A stretch of DNA of 64,000 bases, from contig CM082585.2 of the NCBI GenBank assembly GCA_040954595.2, positions 12,404,127 to 12,468,126 on the forward strand, in the 5' to 3' direction. The position numbers and the translations under genes are program-made. Position 1 is the stretch's first letter. The number at the start of each line of letters is the position of its first letter. Source of the DNA: Balanoglossus misakiensis. Taxonomy: Eukaryota > Animalia > Hemichordata. The notes under the pieces are model-generated. The model saw nothing but the letters and a program-made list of their open reading frames with translations. It ran no database searches and had not been told where the DNA came from. Positions 1-12,400 of the stretch are shown here, piece by piece.

Positions 1-1001
1 AACTTCACAGCCAATTTCCTGGAGATGTTGGGTGTTTTTCTGCTTATTTTCTAAATCATCTAATTCTGCAGCCTGGTGAAGCAATGTTTCTTGGACCAAA
101 TGAACCTCATGCTTATATTGGTGGAAGTAAGTATTCATTACTTTTGGCTGAAGTACTTGAATTGGCAATGTACTCCCATATTACCTGTTATATACCCCAC
201 ATAGTTCTAACAACACATGTAACATGCAGTGTATATGGGTACCCCCCCCCCCATTTACTCTTTTCAAAGTACCTACAGTGCACTAAGAATGCGAAACTCC
301 ATGGTTCTTATTTCAGACTGCACAGAATGTATGGCTTGTTCTGATAATGTAGTAAGAGCTGGTCTCACACCCAAGTACAAAGATGTTCCTACGCTTTGTG
401 AGATGTTGACTTACCTTCCTGGAACTCCCAAAGACAAACTCTTTCCTTGTGTCAGTGATCCTAATGATGGCTATGTTACAATTTATAACCCTCCTGTGCC
501 TGATTTCTCTGTGGCTAGAATCCAGGTAAGCAATTAGTCATGATTGCAAGTAACAGAATTAATTGACAACAGATTTATCTGTTATGAGACCTGTTGTACG
601 CAGTTCTATAATGTGTCCCGTAATAAATTGATGGAAACTGTATCCAAGCAACGATACTAAGCAAGATGATTATCAAAATGAAAAACGGCAAATTTTGGCA
701 ACATTGCAAGAAATCAATTTATTAATACTGAACAGTCATGCATTAGTAACAATGGATTGTTTTACTCTGTTCACAGCTGCCTGAGAATGTTGATGATTAC
801 ACAATTGGTGCCTGTGACAGTCCGAGTGTTCTGTTAGTTGTGGAAGGACAAGCTGATGGCAGCAATAAAACGTTGATCAATGGAGAGCAGTTGCAATTGA
901 AAAGGGGAACTGTCCTTTTCATTTCAGCCAATCAAGAGGTAGTTCTCAAAATCCAGTCAGGAGGTATGCTCATGTTCAGAGCTTACTGTCCATTGGACTA
1001 G
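1..1001 (+). CDS. MPI: Mannose-6-phosphate isomerase, 3' part (gene begins left of the window); exons <1-126, 317-525, 777-1001
   Basis: Spliced translation FPGDVGCF...[17 protein letters not shown]...[21 protein letters not shown] matches type I phosphomannose isomerase motifs; GT-AG introns keep the frame; TAG at 999-1001. Confidence 0.95.
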
Positions 1002-2784
1002 ATCATCTACCAATCATGTGGTAGCTCTGAGAATTTTCTTTGGCGGAAAACAAGCTTTCACAATTAAGTGTCCATTGGACGAGGTCATCTACCAAGCACG
1101 AGTCCTTCTTGGAAACATTGCTCAGACTTGATCATCAGCCAATCAGTATTATTGGCATTCTACTTAGGTTGATGCTTTTTTACAAATTTTTAATATACAC
1201 GTACCAGCAACAATATTATATTGACTGGGAGATACTTGTTGGTGAAGTTGTCAGAATTTGGCAACAAGCAATTTGGAAGGTTTTGATGACTAGACCATTG
1301 TCAGTGTTGGCATAATAATACATAGATATAATATATAGATTGAAGAGATTTGACCAAAAATCATGTAAATATAAAATATTCAACAATTAAATATCACCGC
1401 ACATTAATAACAATGATCTTTACTTGAGAATATCAGGGATGTTTTGTTATAAAATAACTTTTGTATTTGGTTTGAGAAAGTGAGGACTAGAAAATGGCGA
1501 GTAGTTGAGTGTATTCCGAGTGTATCATTTTTCAACTACATTAAATCCTTATGTTTTCTTTGGTGTAAGCAGTACTGTCTTATTGTTCTCTAAGATGAAT
1601 AATTTTCAGAAAATGTTTGGCGTGACTGGAAATGGTTCTTCAATTTCTAGGGAGATGTGTTGATGATAAAGGCAGACCATTATTTTTTGACATCATTTCA
1701 GAATATTTCTATTTAGTAAGAGAAGTTTGTGTGTTTTGCACTTTAGTACCAATATTAAATATTGCAGCTGTGCAAAGGGATTTTTGGTGAATAAAATCAT
1801 CTTCATTTGGACTGAATTTTCTATCTTTATTTACAGCAAGTGTTACTTTTTCGATAGCAATTATGCTGTAAGCCCCACTGGGAGGCATCCATTACTTTAA
1901 AGACTCCAACAGCAAATACCAGGTATGCCATTTTGCTATAGTATATTCTTGTAAGTCAGTTTTGTGCCATTTGAAGGCTGACTTTAACTCTGAAATCTTC
2001 ATTTCTAGTTTCAGGAGTGGTAACCATGATGTTTCAAGCTATTTTGCAATACAACACGGTTGCCAGGTAACCACACCCTTCCCCTTTACCCTTCATCAAA
2101 TCAACGTAAACAATTTTACTTGATGTTAATATATTTATTTGTCAAAGAAATTACTGGATATGTATTTTACAATCTACACAATACAAAAAGGCACAAAATT
2201 AACATGACATGTAATGAGGATATAAATATACAATATTCTGTCATGCCGATTCCTGTGAAAGAATACAGATGTCATGCCAGTCAGAAGGATTCAGGATGCA
2301 GTTTTATCAATGAGTTTTATCTTAACCATGCTTGCTATTTCAATGATACAAGGTAAAAAATAAAAGTACATGTACACATGCTTTGCCCATCTGCCAAATT
2401 TGGGCAAATTTCGTTGATGTACACCTGAGAAAAGGCAAAACTAATTTTAGGGTCATGACACATCAATGATCTGTGCGGCACAAAAGTAGTACATGTAGTT
2501 CCAGCCCAAATACAAATCTATAAATATACTCACAGCGTAGCATTATCAATAAATAATACAGTCTTAGGTCCCTCCAAAGTAAGTTACAATACTATGAGTT
2601 ACATTGTCTTTGTGCTAAAAGTTTTTTTTGTGACAGGCTTCTGATGGGCTCTATATGAGATGTACCGGTAAACACAATTGCACAAAGTCAGATCTATGAA
2701 ATACTTCTATTATCACTGCTTCATGAAGCATATAATAATTTGTCTGACATGAAAATAAAACGCTCTGTCTTCAGTTGTACTTAG

Positions 2785-4222
2785 TTATAACAAAGACTGT
2801 TCAAACATGATTTTGTCAAATCCTTGCGGTGGTGGGTGGTAAAACTCTGTGAACTGTACATCGAGAATTGCACCTTCATCAACTGAAAATAAACACACAA
2901 CGATGGCAATGTTGTTAGTGAGGGGGTGTAAATAACAGTTGGTGTAAATCACACTTTCTGGTGATGTGTGAAAATCTGGCCACATCATCCACTAAATATA
3001 CCATTTTTGTATTATAGTGGAAACTGTATACACAAATGCTGAAGAAACTGGATGACATTTTGAACTCTAAATGAGCAGCACTTACCATAGAATACTGGAT
3101 AGACTGTGCCTTTGATGCCATTAAGAGGACACTGTAATGATTGACCATTTAGATAGAATTGAAATTCTATATGATCATATGTGATACCCTGTATTGAGGA
3201 AGGCAAATGAAGAACTTCAAGTTATATGATTTTCCATCATTCAATGTTTCAAAACTGCATCGTAAAGTGACTCGCATGCTGTCAAAGATAAAAACCTTGC
3301 AACTTACAATAACATCTCCTTCATTAATTGTAACGCCTAATTTATGTAAGAGTTGATTGTTGTGATACACTGTGCCATCCTGCCTCAAAACACAGCTTTC
3401 TGTATCACTTCCCATGGGTAAAACATTGAGATTGGCTTTCCTTGTGGCTAAACCTATTCCCCATACACCTGTAAGATACATAATTCATGACAATTTTAAA
3501 TATTTGTATATTCAATACAGTGGTGTTTTTTTTCATACATGTATTCTCTATCCAATCAAAAATGATTACTCAAAATTATTGATTTGTGTTTAGGGTTAAT
3601 GCATTGTCACTTTTCTGTACCTGTTGATTGAATTTTCATTTCAAAATATGCTTTGTCTTGTACAATGGGTGCATTAGCTAATGCTGCTCCTGTCCCACAG
3701 ATCCTCCGCCCAGCTTTCACTATGACAACATCGTTACCTGGGAAACAAACACAAACATAATACATCCTTTAGCTTCATCACTATATGTCAAACTGGAAAC
3801 TTTTGCGATTTGAATATCAATGTGAACCAAATGCTTGTGTAAACCACACACTACTATCTATGTGCAAACCGACACAAATCTAGTAGTGATCGCGAAGACA
3901 CACGCTATTCCACAGGCACTGTATTCCACAGTTGACAGCGCTGTATACTCTACTGCCCTGTCAACTACAGTGGTACCTGTGCTGTACAATTTGTATTGTA
4001 ATGTAACAGTAGTCATTCATTGTGTTGTGATCGTACAGGTGTCAAGTTCGTTCTCACTTTCTGGCGATCTGTCCCATAGTTTTCATACTACGTGCATTTT
4101 ACGCTGTCTTACTTACCCATATGACCGGTATCTAGGGCGACAGCCGGCAGTTCCTTGAGAGGAACGTGTTGAAATCCCGTTCCAGCCCAACAGCAACGAA
4201 AACAGCAGAAACACGCCGCCAT
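2785..4222 (-). CDS. SPRYD7: SPRY domain-containing protein 7; 5 exons (about 4117-4222, 3621-3737, 3308-3468, 3086-3188, 2785-2882)
   Basis: Cys-rich N-terminus MAACFCCFRCC...LDTGHMG, then APIVQDKAYFEMKIQSTGVWGIGLAT, ITYDHIEFQFYLNG and C-terminal FYHPPPQGFDKIMFEQSLL*, as recalled for SPRYD7/CLLD6; canonical splice sites. Confidence 0.9.
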
Positions 4223-4266
4223 TTTGTCATTTGTTTGTTCGTTACTTAGTTACTACACATCATCGC

Positions 4267-4334
4267 TAGTCTCGGTTACCCAGACCCCTCTGCTTCTTCC
4301 GTGGAGTGCCCAGGGGTCTGGGTAAACGAGACTA
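4267..4334. mobile_element. 68-bp TA-flanked hairpin (mini-MITE-like foldback)
   Basis: TAGTCTCGGTTACCCAGACCCCT ... AGGGGTCTGGGTAAACGAGACTA: 23-bp arms with one mismatch, TA at both ends. Confidence 0.7.
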
Positions 4335-4776
4335 TTCTCCTATCACGCACGCCAAAATGACCAAATATAGACAATGGAAACTATTAAAACATAAAAAAAA
4401 CACAGAATGAAACGAGTATTTATGCAAATTTTATTCAACTATAACCAGCAACAAAACACGTAGTAAGACTTTTCAAAATGAGTTTTCTAATATTCAGAGA
4501 ATTTTAAGTTCATCGGCAAGTCTGCTGAGCCCCACATATGATGCCAATGAAATTACAGTGGACTAACAGAAACAAAAACATTAACTGTACCCAGTTATAT
4601 ATACAAGGAACAGCAACATCTGAGTTCACATAAATGGCTGTCTGGTTTAATTTTTTGCAATAACATCAACTCTTTCTTTTGCAGTGCTTATATAAACATC
4701 TCAGGCTGATCACTATTCAACATAACTCTCTTGGCTGTTCTGAACAAGTCAAGTAGCCCATCTCATCATACACAAA

Positions 4777-7700
4777 TTATTTGTCATTGCTAGAAGCCAC
4801 CGTTTCTTCTTTATTGTCAACCTTTACATCTTTTGTTTTCTCGGTTTTATCACTCTCTGTAGGCTTCTCATTCTGGCTTTCTTTGCTTTCTTCTCTAACT
4901 TTGTCTGAATCTTTTACAGGATATCTATCTTTAGGCTTGCCTCGATAGCGCTCAGTTTCCCACTTTTTCGGTTTGCCTTTTTCTCTATCTCTGTCGGAAT
5001 ACCCTTTATCTTGGTTTCTGTCTTTCCATTTGCCTCTATCTCTGTCCCAATCTCTATCTCGGTCTCTCTCTTTCCCTCTTTCTTTGCCTCTGTCTTTGTC
5101 CCTATCTCTGTCTTTGTCTTTATCATTTTCTGGCTCATCTCTGCTTCTTCTGAGACCAGGTCTGTATAATGCCATGGCAGGACGATCCTATCAATACAAT
5201 AAGAGAACACCATTAATGATATAGTTACCTATACAAGTCGAAGTTGACAAGTTTTCTCAAGCAAATAAAATCAAACTGATGTAGAAAACAACATCATACA
5301 GACAGTGGCACACTAACCTTGTTTCGAATTCTTTGTCTGGGTTTATCTGAAGAACCTGACTCTTTGCTGCTATCACTATCTTTGCCACTTTCCTGTTTTT
5401 TGCTTCCATCATCCTTCTTGCTGCCATCTTTTTCTTCTTGGGCGCTTTTTGATCTCTCTGCTTCTCTGCCTCCCTTCCATTCTCTACTCCTCTCATTCTT
5501 GTCTCTGTCACCAAATCTTCCTCTATCTTTTGAATCTCTTTCTGGGTACTTTTCTTTCTTTTTATCTTCTTTACGTTGTTCCCTACTCTCAGATTTCTCT
5601 CCCACTTTTTCATGGTCCTGATCACCTCCCTTTTCTTTCACATCAGCTTTAGTTTCTTTTGCTTTGGCACTTCCATATCTATCATCTCTCCTGTTGTCCT
5701 TTCTGTCTCTGTAACTGTCCCTCCTCTCTCTGTCTCTGTTTCTATCTCTGTTTCTATCTCTGTCTCTTCTGTCTCCATATTTTGACCTACAGACATAAGA
5801 TACAAATAATGCATCTGTGCCCAATTCAGCCATTCATTTTAAAACTAATACATCATTATGAAATAGTTCATGAAACACAAACAACACACATTCTTCAACC
5901 CAGTCAAACAGTCCTCAATCCACTCACAGTTTTTTTCACAAAGCAATTATGAATTCACCACATTCAATGATACTAACCTATCATCTCGTCTTTCAGGCTT
6001 CACATATTTCTTCTCAGATTTCAAGTCCTCCCTATTGTCTTTCTTTGTGTTTAAAGTTTTAGACTCTTCCACTTTCTTCTCAGATTTCTTGTCATCATCT
6101 TTGTCTTTATCGTCTTCTTTTGTACCTTCAGTGTTCTTTAAAACCTACGAACAAGTCATTGTCAATGAAAGTTACCAAAAAAATCTAAGTTGAAAGTGAA
6201 TGACAATCCCTTTGTACTTCAGTGAATGACAATCCCTTTGTACTTCAGTGAATGACAATCCCTTTGTACTTCAGTGAATGAACAATCCGTGATGAAATTT
6301 ACTAACAATGCACACAGAGACCAACCTTCACTTTTGGTTCTTCATCATCTCCAGTTTCTGTTTTATTCTCTTTCTGATCTTTTTCTTCCGTCTTCTCACT
6401 TTCAGCTGCTTGTTTTCTCTTTCTCTCTTCCTCCCTCTTCCTTCTTTCTATTTCTTTCTTTTTCCTCTCTTCTTCCCTTTTTTTCTTTCTCTCCTCTTCC
6501 CGTTTCCGACGTCTCTCTTCCTCTCTCTGCCGTTGTCTTTCCCGTTCTTTTCTTCTCCTCTCTTCTCTCCGTTCCTCCCTGGCTCTCTTTAGAAATGACA
6601 AAATTGTTGACATTTTTTCATATATCCTATATGTATCAATTGCAGTTTCTTGTTTGATTCCAGGCTTGATAAATCATGACATGTGATTATGGATGTGAAG
6701 TGAAAGTGTAGAGACTTTGTACCTACCTCTCTTTCTACTTTCTTTCGATTTATGTAGTCAATCAGCGGAGTCTTTGTCTTTTGACCAGCTTGAAAGAAAA
6801 GAAAATTATCCATCTGAAGTATTTATGTGTTATAGATGTTGCTAGGTAATTTGTGACTTTGTATCAAAAGCAAACCTTTCCAACCAATAGGCATATATTA
6901 TATGTCACAAAGAGATTTATATCTACCTTCAAGTTCCTTGCTCTTGGCTTCCAACTCCTCTAAGTAGCTTTCAGCGCTTGGAAGTGCCTCTATTTCAGCA
7001 TTCAGAGATTCCAAAAACTTAACATAGTCAGGATCTGAAACGGATATCAATACATGTACTTTGAAATAGACCACAAATATCAGAGATGCATTTGCTTCAA
7101 ATTCAAAACTTTTTATGTGGAATATAGGTGATATATAAGTTTGTGAGAAAGACTATGGTTGGTAAATCAATTATACTCAAGGCTGGTTAGTAAAACTTAC
7201 CATCTTCAAGGGTACCACTTTTGGCATCAGGTTTCTTCACAGTTTTCTTGGGAATCTTTTGATACGGTGATAATTCCACAACAGCTGGATACTCAACACC
7301 TGCCAAGAAAATATAATTACACTCATCAATTACTTTTCTTTATGTGTTTTTGTGTATATTTTTTGTTCATAAAGGTATCACCAAACCCTTCACTGTCACT
7401 GTCATCAGATGAGAAGTGTATATATCCATGTTGCAAGCCAATATGTAAAGATAAATTCTAACAACACATACCTCTATCATCATTAAAGGCATGACCATCG
7501 AACTTGTCCCTAAATGCAATGATATCTTCCAAGTTTAGGAAATTGATGTACACTCTGCAAAAAGCATTTGGACCAAGACTGAAACAAACAACAAAACCAT
7601 GAAATCAACACAAAAAATACTGGTGTTATTGAAATGAACAATCAGTTATATCTGAATGATTCCTTCGGTGTCTTATTCTTCCTCTTGTATTTGTAAAAAA

Positions 7701-8178
7701 AGGTTCACATTAAATCAAATGTACCTTTTATCAGCTTTCACAAAATGAAAATAATTATTCTTTGGTAAGGACCCGATTGCTTCAATAAAGGATTCTTCAG
7801 TAAAGGATGGTGGTAACCGTCTTATGATGACCTGAAAAATATAGACATTGATGATTGAGAGGAAAGGCTGTAGTCAGCTGACTAACTACATCATTCAAGA
7901 GTTCTTTTGCGTTTTACATATAAACCTACTACAGACCAACGTTGACTAAGTCATAGACATTACAGGGACTAACACAGACCCCTTCCTTCCTGATCATCCT
8001 TCTTCTTGTGATGATGATCCAAAACTGACAATTTGTTTACAGAATTTTGCAACAGAACGCCGTAATGCACCCACTTTCATACCTTAAGCGGCGGTGCGTC
8101 CTTTTCTTTCTTCTTGTCTCTGCTTCTAACTTCCGCCCTTTTCTTTTCTGGCTTTTTATCGTCTGCCTCTTTGGCCAT
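4777..8178 (-). CDS. UPF3: Regulator of nonsense transcripts 3 (UPF3A/B pro-orthologue); about 10 exons, first 8083-8178, last about 4777-5186
   Basis: RRM-like domain KVIIRRLPPSFTEE...CRVYINFLNLEDIIAFRDKFDGH...VEYPAVVELSPYQK, then DPDYVKFLESL, KTKTPLIDYI, a charged middle region and the EJC-binding motif RIRNKDRPAMALYRPG split over the last two exons. Confidence 0.93.
6195..6288. repeat. 26-bp minisatellite, 3 perfect copies plus a partial copy, in a UPF3 intron
   Basis: AGTGAATGACAATCCCTTTGTACTTC at 6195, 6221 and 6247, with a degenerate fourth copy at 6273. Confidence 0.95.
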
Positions 8179-9067
8179 TTTAAACCGAGTCACATATTGC
8201 ACTCTCTCGATCGCTCGATTTCTTCTTCCGGCTGCACTGCCTGTCTTCTATTTACATCTCGTATGTTCTCGCGCGATTTCATAGTCTTTGCTCCAATTAG
8301 GTATTGTCGCTGAAACCGAGAGCTTGTTATTTGATAGATATATATTAAATTATTCTTATAGGTGGATCTGTGTTTTTACACTCCAAGACATCGTACGAAG
8401 CTCGTTTACTTATACTTAAATCATCATCACCCGACTTTGCATTACCACTCCCCGTTTGGTGTTTGTTTGTTGGTTTGTTGGCCGATGTTGACATCACACC
8501 TGTAGTGTCGTCTGCGTCTTGTCGCGAAGACATCACATCTACATGACGCGATCACTATGGTAAGTTAAGTTCTGATCGAAATGTATTTTGTAACTGTCAC
8601 ATTGTTGGTGGTCTTCGTCAGTTGATACGGTTCTTGTCAGAAGTTTTAACTTGGTCATAAGCTCCGCGGTTATGTGAATACGTGGCGGAATATTCTGATT
8701 TCATGTCGGATTTGTCGTCTGCCTTGCCTGTAGCTGTACACTGTAATTTACATCGGGTGTATATTGCCAAACGGGTGGCAATAGATCTGTCTCGGCCAAT
8801 TTGCACGGTGTCCGCACCAAAACGATTGCTTAACCGAGATCGGAGACGGTGATGGGGTTATGTTTGTATTGTGGGCGGACGTGAAACTTTGATTTGAAAC
8901 TGCGACCCGTGAGTTGAAAGCTACGACTCGTTGCTTTAGTTACTCACTGTGGGCGATCTTTGAAACTGCAGCCTTGAAACTCGAACTAACTTGGTATTGC
9001 AATTTAATTGAAAGGCGTATGAAGCAGAGCAAAAGTGGGGAGGTGTTGGGCAGTAACAATTAACAAG

Positions 9068-9116
<49 letters not shown>
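9068..9116. repeat. (GAT)n microsatellite
   Basis: About 16 uninterrupted GAT units. Confidence 0.95.
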
Positions 9117-9485
9117 CAGTTACCAATGAATTGTCTGTTGTGTGTTTGTATAATTAAAATTTGTTTTAAAGACCAAGTCCATGGAGACTTAAATAAGCAG
9201 TACTATGTATAAGAGACATAGCCCATCACTGCATTGGCATGGCCTGTATTGCTATTCAAATGAGTTCGCCATTTCAAATGTTTATTGAATGATAACTTCT
9301 ACAGCTGACTCTCTGGCAAAATGTTCATCGTAGCAACAGCTGGCATCCTTTCAAATCCAGCTTTAGCAAGTAGTTCAGATTGGTCTGAAAATTATCTGAT
9401 TTTTTATATTTACTGCCCGCTATAAAACAACCAGTGTTGTTATTTTTTCAGAAATATGTAGCCAAAGAAGATCAGTATCACTCAG

Positions 9486-12400
9486 ATGATAGATCTACCT
9501 AGCAAATATGTTGTTTCTTCATCAATGAAAATGGGACACTTAACAATGGTACAGTTGTATGGAATTATTGCGGTTGCGTTGATGGCTGCTGCATCATGTG
9601 CTGGTAACATGGATGTTGCCAACCAAGCTGTTAAATTACATCGTGGCAGATCTGGAGGTGATTCCCTGGGAAGCAACAATGAGGAATTCAACAAATGGTT
9701 GCCGCAATCATGTAGGAACCTAGAAACTCTGCTGATAGGAAAACGCACAGTCATCAAGAAATTGGACAGGGCTATACGTGAAATCAGTGTCAATCCTAAA
9801 CTCTCAAATCAAGAGAAAGTTTTCCAAATTCACATATTTCAGATTTTTCAGAAAGAACTGAATGAAACAGAAGTCAATATTTACCAGTCAATTAATAGTT
9901 TGAAGAGAGCTTTGAAAGGTGACTACCGCGATATCATTAATATGAAAGAGAGCACTCGACAGAGACTGGAAGCACTTCGTGAAGCTACGATGAAAGAAGA
10001 AGAGGAATATAATGATCTGTTGAATGCAGAGAAACATCAAATAGAATATTTGGAGCATTTACGACATCTGAATTCTAGTGGTGTTAACAGAACCAAAGTA
10101 GAAGCCATTCTGGATAATGTCCTGGATGAAGTGGCACAGGCAGCTGATATCCTGGAAAATCAACTTGTGGAAAATATATTTGATGAGTCTAGGCGGGTAA
10201 GCCAATTTTATATGTGGTACCAGTATAGTGACTTGTAAAGTTTAATGACATTTGCTTTAAAACCTAAAAGGACTTGTCTAAAACCTGTAAAATATAGTGC
10301 AATATTGATATCATTTGTATTGATTTACACAGTCCAAGGGTGCTGCTATTGAAGCTGTTCTTCGAATGGATGAAGACAAGATATCTGGAAATAACCGGTC
10401 AAGAAGAATTTCTGATGAAGCAAACCAAGGAATGAGTGTTTTGATTGATGCAAGTAATAATCAATATGTACTTACCAAACCTAAAGATACAACCATGCCC
10501 CATGAAGATCATCATTTTATACAAGTGAGTATCTGTGTAGCTTTCTGGTCACTTCAGAGTGACCATAAAGCTATGCAATGTTTGAGTGATGGGTATTGTA
10601 TCATAAGGTGTACACAGTGATTAAGATATGCATTTCTTGGATGTGCATTAAAATAGTTGTCCATGTTTTGAAAAACTAAACAGAGCATGTATTTCAGGAG
10701 CCACATATTCAAAGAAGATAATACATCTGCAAGAATCACAGTTGGTGTATTTCATACCATCTGACATTTCCAAAGGAGCATTATTGCACCAATTCACTAT
10801 AAATAACATGCCCATTTGGACATCCATATGTTTTTAATTTCCCATTATAACTGTCTGGTATGACAGGTGGTAACAGATGAGAAAACAAAAAATCCATATT
10901 TCCGAAATTTATTATCTAGTAATCGTTTTCATGCACATGGACATCAATCACATTACATTCAGATCGACAGTAGCAAAGATCAAACTAACACGGAGAAACA
11001 AAATGATGTTTATTTTGTAGTTTTTCCCCCCAAATAATCATTACCGGTTCATTATTAAATCATATACTGTTGAGTTCAACATGGTGTTTTATGTGTTAAA
11101 CATACAAGAGTCATTTCACGTATTTGTATGACGTGTAACCTTTGACCATGTAAATATAACATAACATAGCTAATAATGTCAGCCCATCCTGAACAAGCTG
11201 TCACGTGTACGTGCAATGAATGTGCGTATCACTCACAAAATAAATCCTTATATACTGTCAACAGCTGTAACCACACATTCAGCCATGCGTACATCTCATG
11301 TAATGCCAAAAATATTCTAATCAAATTTTTAGTCTATATTGTTTTCCAATTCCTTGATTTTCATGTTTTTCTCCTTTGTGACAGCCAAATCAAAAAGCCA
11401 ACTGAACTATATATTGCATGAGTTTGTTTACAATTAAATGAAAGTGGTTTTGTTGATATTTGATGTGTTATACTGTATCTTGTTACTGTCTTATACAGCA
11501 TCAACGCTATTATTATAATAAAAGACTTGATTAACAAAGAATGGTATTGTAAAATATTTGACCTTTGCTATTTCTGGTTCACATCTACTGTGTATGTCTC
11601 CAACGGTGTTAAGGATCTCATGTTTAGGGCACATTTTGGCCCATGGAGTTTTATGGCATATCCTGTTTCAATGTTTGGACTCATAATCCTTAACAGTGAT
11701 ATCAAGGTCATGCAAGGATGATTCTTAAATTACCCAGTATTAATGTCAAAATATTAGAGGGGTTGATTCTCAGATGAGGTCGTGCAAAAGGATTTTTGAG
11801 TGAGTGTCTTATATACTGTAACTCATACTTCTGACTTCTATCATGGCATTATATTGAGTTACATATAGCGGATATACATTATACATAGAATACAAATAAT
11901 ACTTCAGTTACTCAGTGTGATTTTCAAAATAAGTTCCCCAAAATCACTGATCTTTTATAAATAACTAAATGTTGGTCCTTTGTTTCTTATAAAGGATATA
12001 ATCTTAATGGTGGTACTTGCTTTTCTGTGTGGTTGGTTGTGTCATTCGGTGGAACTACCATCTATGTTTGGTTATATCATGGCTGGGGTCATACTTGGAT
12101 CATCTGGTTTTAACATCATCAAGGTAAGACTATTTTATGTGTAAGTGCATTCAAGACAAGTAATCCCTACATAGCACCTGAAGCTGTATGTAGTATTGCA
12201 GTTATAAGTTTTGTACGATAGTGTTTTATTTTGTGTTGTATTATGGCCAAGTTTTTGACTCTTGAATTGTTTTAGGCTCAAGTTCAAGTGGAAACTTTGG
12301 GAGAATTTGGAGTCTTCTTCATTCTCTTTATGGTTGGTTTGGAATTTTCACCAGAGAGAATAAGAAAGGTAAGTAATTTCAAGTTTATTCAACATGATAT

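Noticed and set aside
6195-6288. Regularly spaced 26-bp repeats resembling a CRISPR array
   Set aside because: The units are contiguous with no unique spacers, lie in a eukaryotic intron and have no cas genes nearby; this is a minisatellite.
4914-6657. Many overlapping Ser/Leu/Phe-rich ORFs on + and alternative-frame ORFs on -
   Set aside because: They are antisense or off-frame shadows of the low-complexity charged UPF3 exons.
7930-8030. Purine-rich (minus strand) patch in UPF3 intron 1 as a possible cassette or poison exon
   Set aside because: The acceptor lacks a pyrimidine tract and would leave only a ~58-nt upstream intron; the donor is weak. Not supportable without reads.
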